Virus record (IMG/VR): IMGVR_UViG_3300042922_000836
Span: 64,001 to 128,000 of that record
Source of the DNA: a virus
Reading direction: 5' to 3' (one strand)
DNA: 64,000 nt
Below are positions 63,300 through 64,000 of the stretch, one piece after another. Each line of letters opens with the position of its first letter. Within the stretch, counting starts at the first letter, position 1. The translations under genes and the position numbers were made by a program. Below the pieces are notes generated by a model that ran no database searches, was not told the DNA's origin, and saw nothing but the letters and a program-made list of their open reading frames with translations.

Positions 63300-64000
63300 A
63301 TGAATGAATTAAAAATATTTGAACAAAGAGAAGTATTAGGCAAAGATTTTAGAATATATGGAAATATAGAAAACCCTCTATTTATGGCAAAAGATGTTGC
63401 TATATGGATTGAGTATGACACAAACAAAGTAAATGAAATGGTAGCTATGGTTGACGAAGAAGAAAAGCTGACAGAAACAATTTCGTGGTCAGGTCAAAGA
63501 CGAAAAATGTGGTTTTTAACTGAGAATGGTTTGTATGAAGTTTTGATGCAGAGTCGAAAACCAATTGCGAAAGAGTTTAAAACAAAAGTAAAAGAAATAT
63601 TAAAGACAATTCGTAAAACTGGTGGTTACGTGGCAAATGATGAATTATTTGTTAATACATATTTACCTCATGCTGATGAAAACACAAAAGAATTATTCAA
63701 ATTGAATTTAACAGTTATAAGACAGTTAAACAATAAGCTTGATGAACAAAAACCTTTAGTAGAATTTGCAGAACAAGTTATAAGTTCAGAAGATACAGTG
63801 GACATTGGACAAATGGCGAAATTGGCTTCTGATAATAATTTTAAAATCGGTAGAAATAAGCTTTGTGTTTTTCTGCGGGAAAAAGGTATGTTTATGAAAA
63901 ATAATATTCCATATCAAAAATATATGAATGTTGATTTATTTGAAGTTGTTGAAATAGTAAAAAAAATTGGAAACGATTACAAAGTATTTCTTAAAACAAT
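63300..64000 (+). CDS. BRO-N plus ANT/KilAC phage antirepressor (truncated by window end)
   Basis: ATG after AGGAG; ENPLFMAKDVA, FLTENGLYEVLMQSRKPIAK, IRKTGGY, KPLVEFA, IGRNKL..FLR, PYQKY. Confidence 0.88.
   Translation, partial: MNELKIFEQREVLGKDFRIYGNIENPLFMAKDVAIWIEYDTNKVNEMVAMVDEEEKLTETISWSGQRRKMWFLTENGLYEVLMQSRKPIAKEFKTKVKEILKTIRKTGGYVANDELFVNTYLPHADENTKELFKLNLTVIRQLNNKLDEQKPLVEFAEQVISSEDTVDIGQMAKLASDNNFKIGRNKLCVFLREKGMFMKNNIPYQKYMNVDLFEVVEIVKKIGNDYKVFLKT

Noticed and set aside
1-64000. tRNA genes, arbitrium (aimR/aimP) genes, reverse transcriptase, stop-codon recoding
   Set aside because: None recognised by eye, and genes are intact in the standard code; tRNAscan-SE and HMM searches would be needed to exclude them firmly

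Overview
AT-rich segment of a large temperate SPbeta-like phage or prophage of a Firmicute, probably Clostridia (inference from gene content, sigmaA-type promoters and GGAGG RBSs). No structural genes, rRNA, tRNA or CRISPR array were seen. Positions 1-58.7 kb are coded almost entirely on the minus strand. 0-16.7 kb: nucleotide metabolism and replication (RNA ligase, dNMP kinase, nucleotidase, ERCC4 nuclease, DnaE, PD-(D/E)XK nuclease, primase, helicase, AAA ATPase, SSB-like). 19-22.5 kb: a NAMPT-like plus PRPS-like pair matching the NARP1 NAD+ reconstitution anti-defence pathway. 25-28 kb: an MrpR/YopR-like repressor and an orphan MazF. 28-56 kb: a field of small accessory genes including ClpX, an amidoligase-GATase pair, AbrB and a J-domain protein. 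Transcription switches to the plus strand at about 59.6 kb (tyrosine recombinase, two BRO antirepressors). The main unexplained structure is a 30-bp element, GTAAGG-N17-GTTATA on the minus strand, present in 26 copies between 36.3 and 57.2 kb. It heads gene-sized units, often supplies the upstream gene's TAA stop codon, and ends in a 5-copy tandem array. That array sits directly behind a 462-aa divergent sigma-factor-like gene and points into an ORF-free, apparently structured ~640-nt RNA. Other signals: a second dispersed operator-like motif (ATTACTT-N4-C), dense TTACCA repeats over the sigma-like gene, and apparent ATA/ATC start codons on helicase, primase and nuclease. All motif counts were made by eye.
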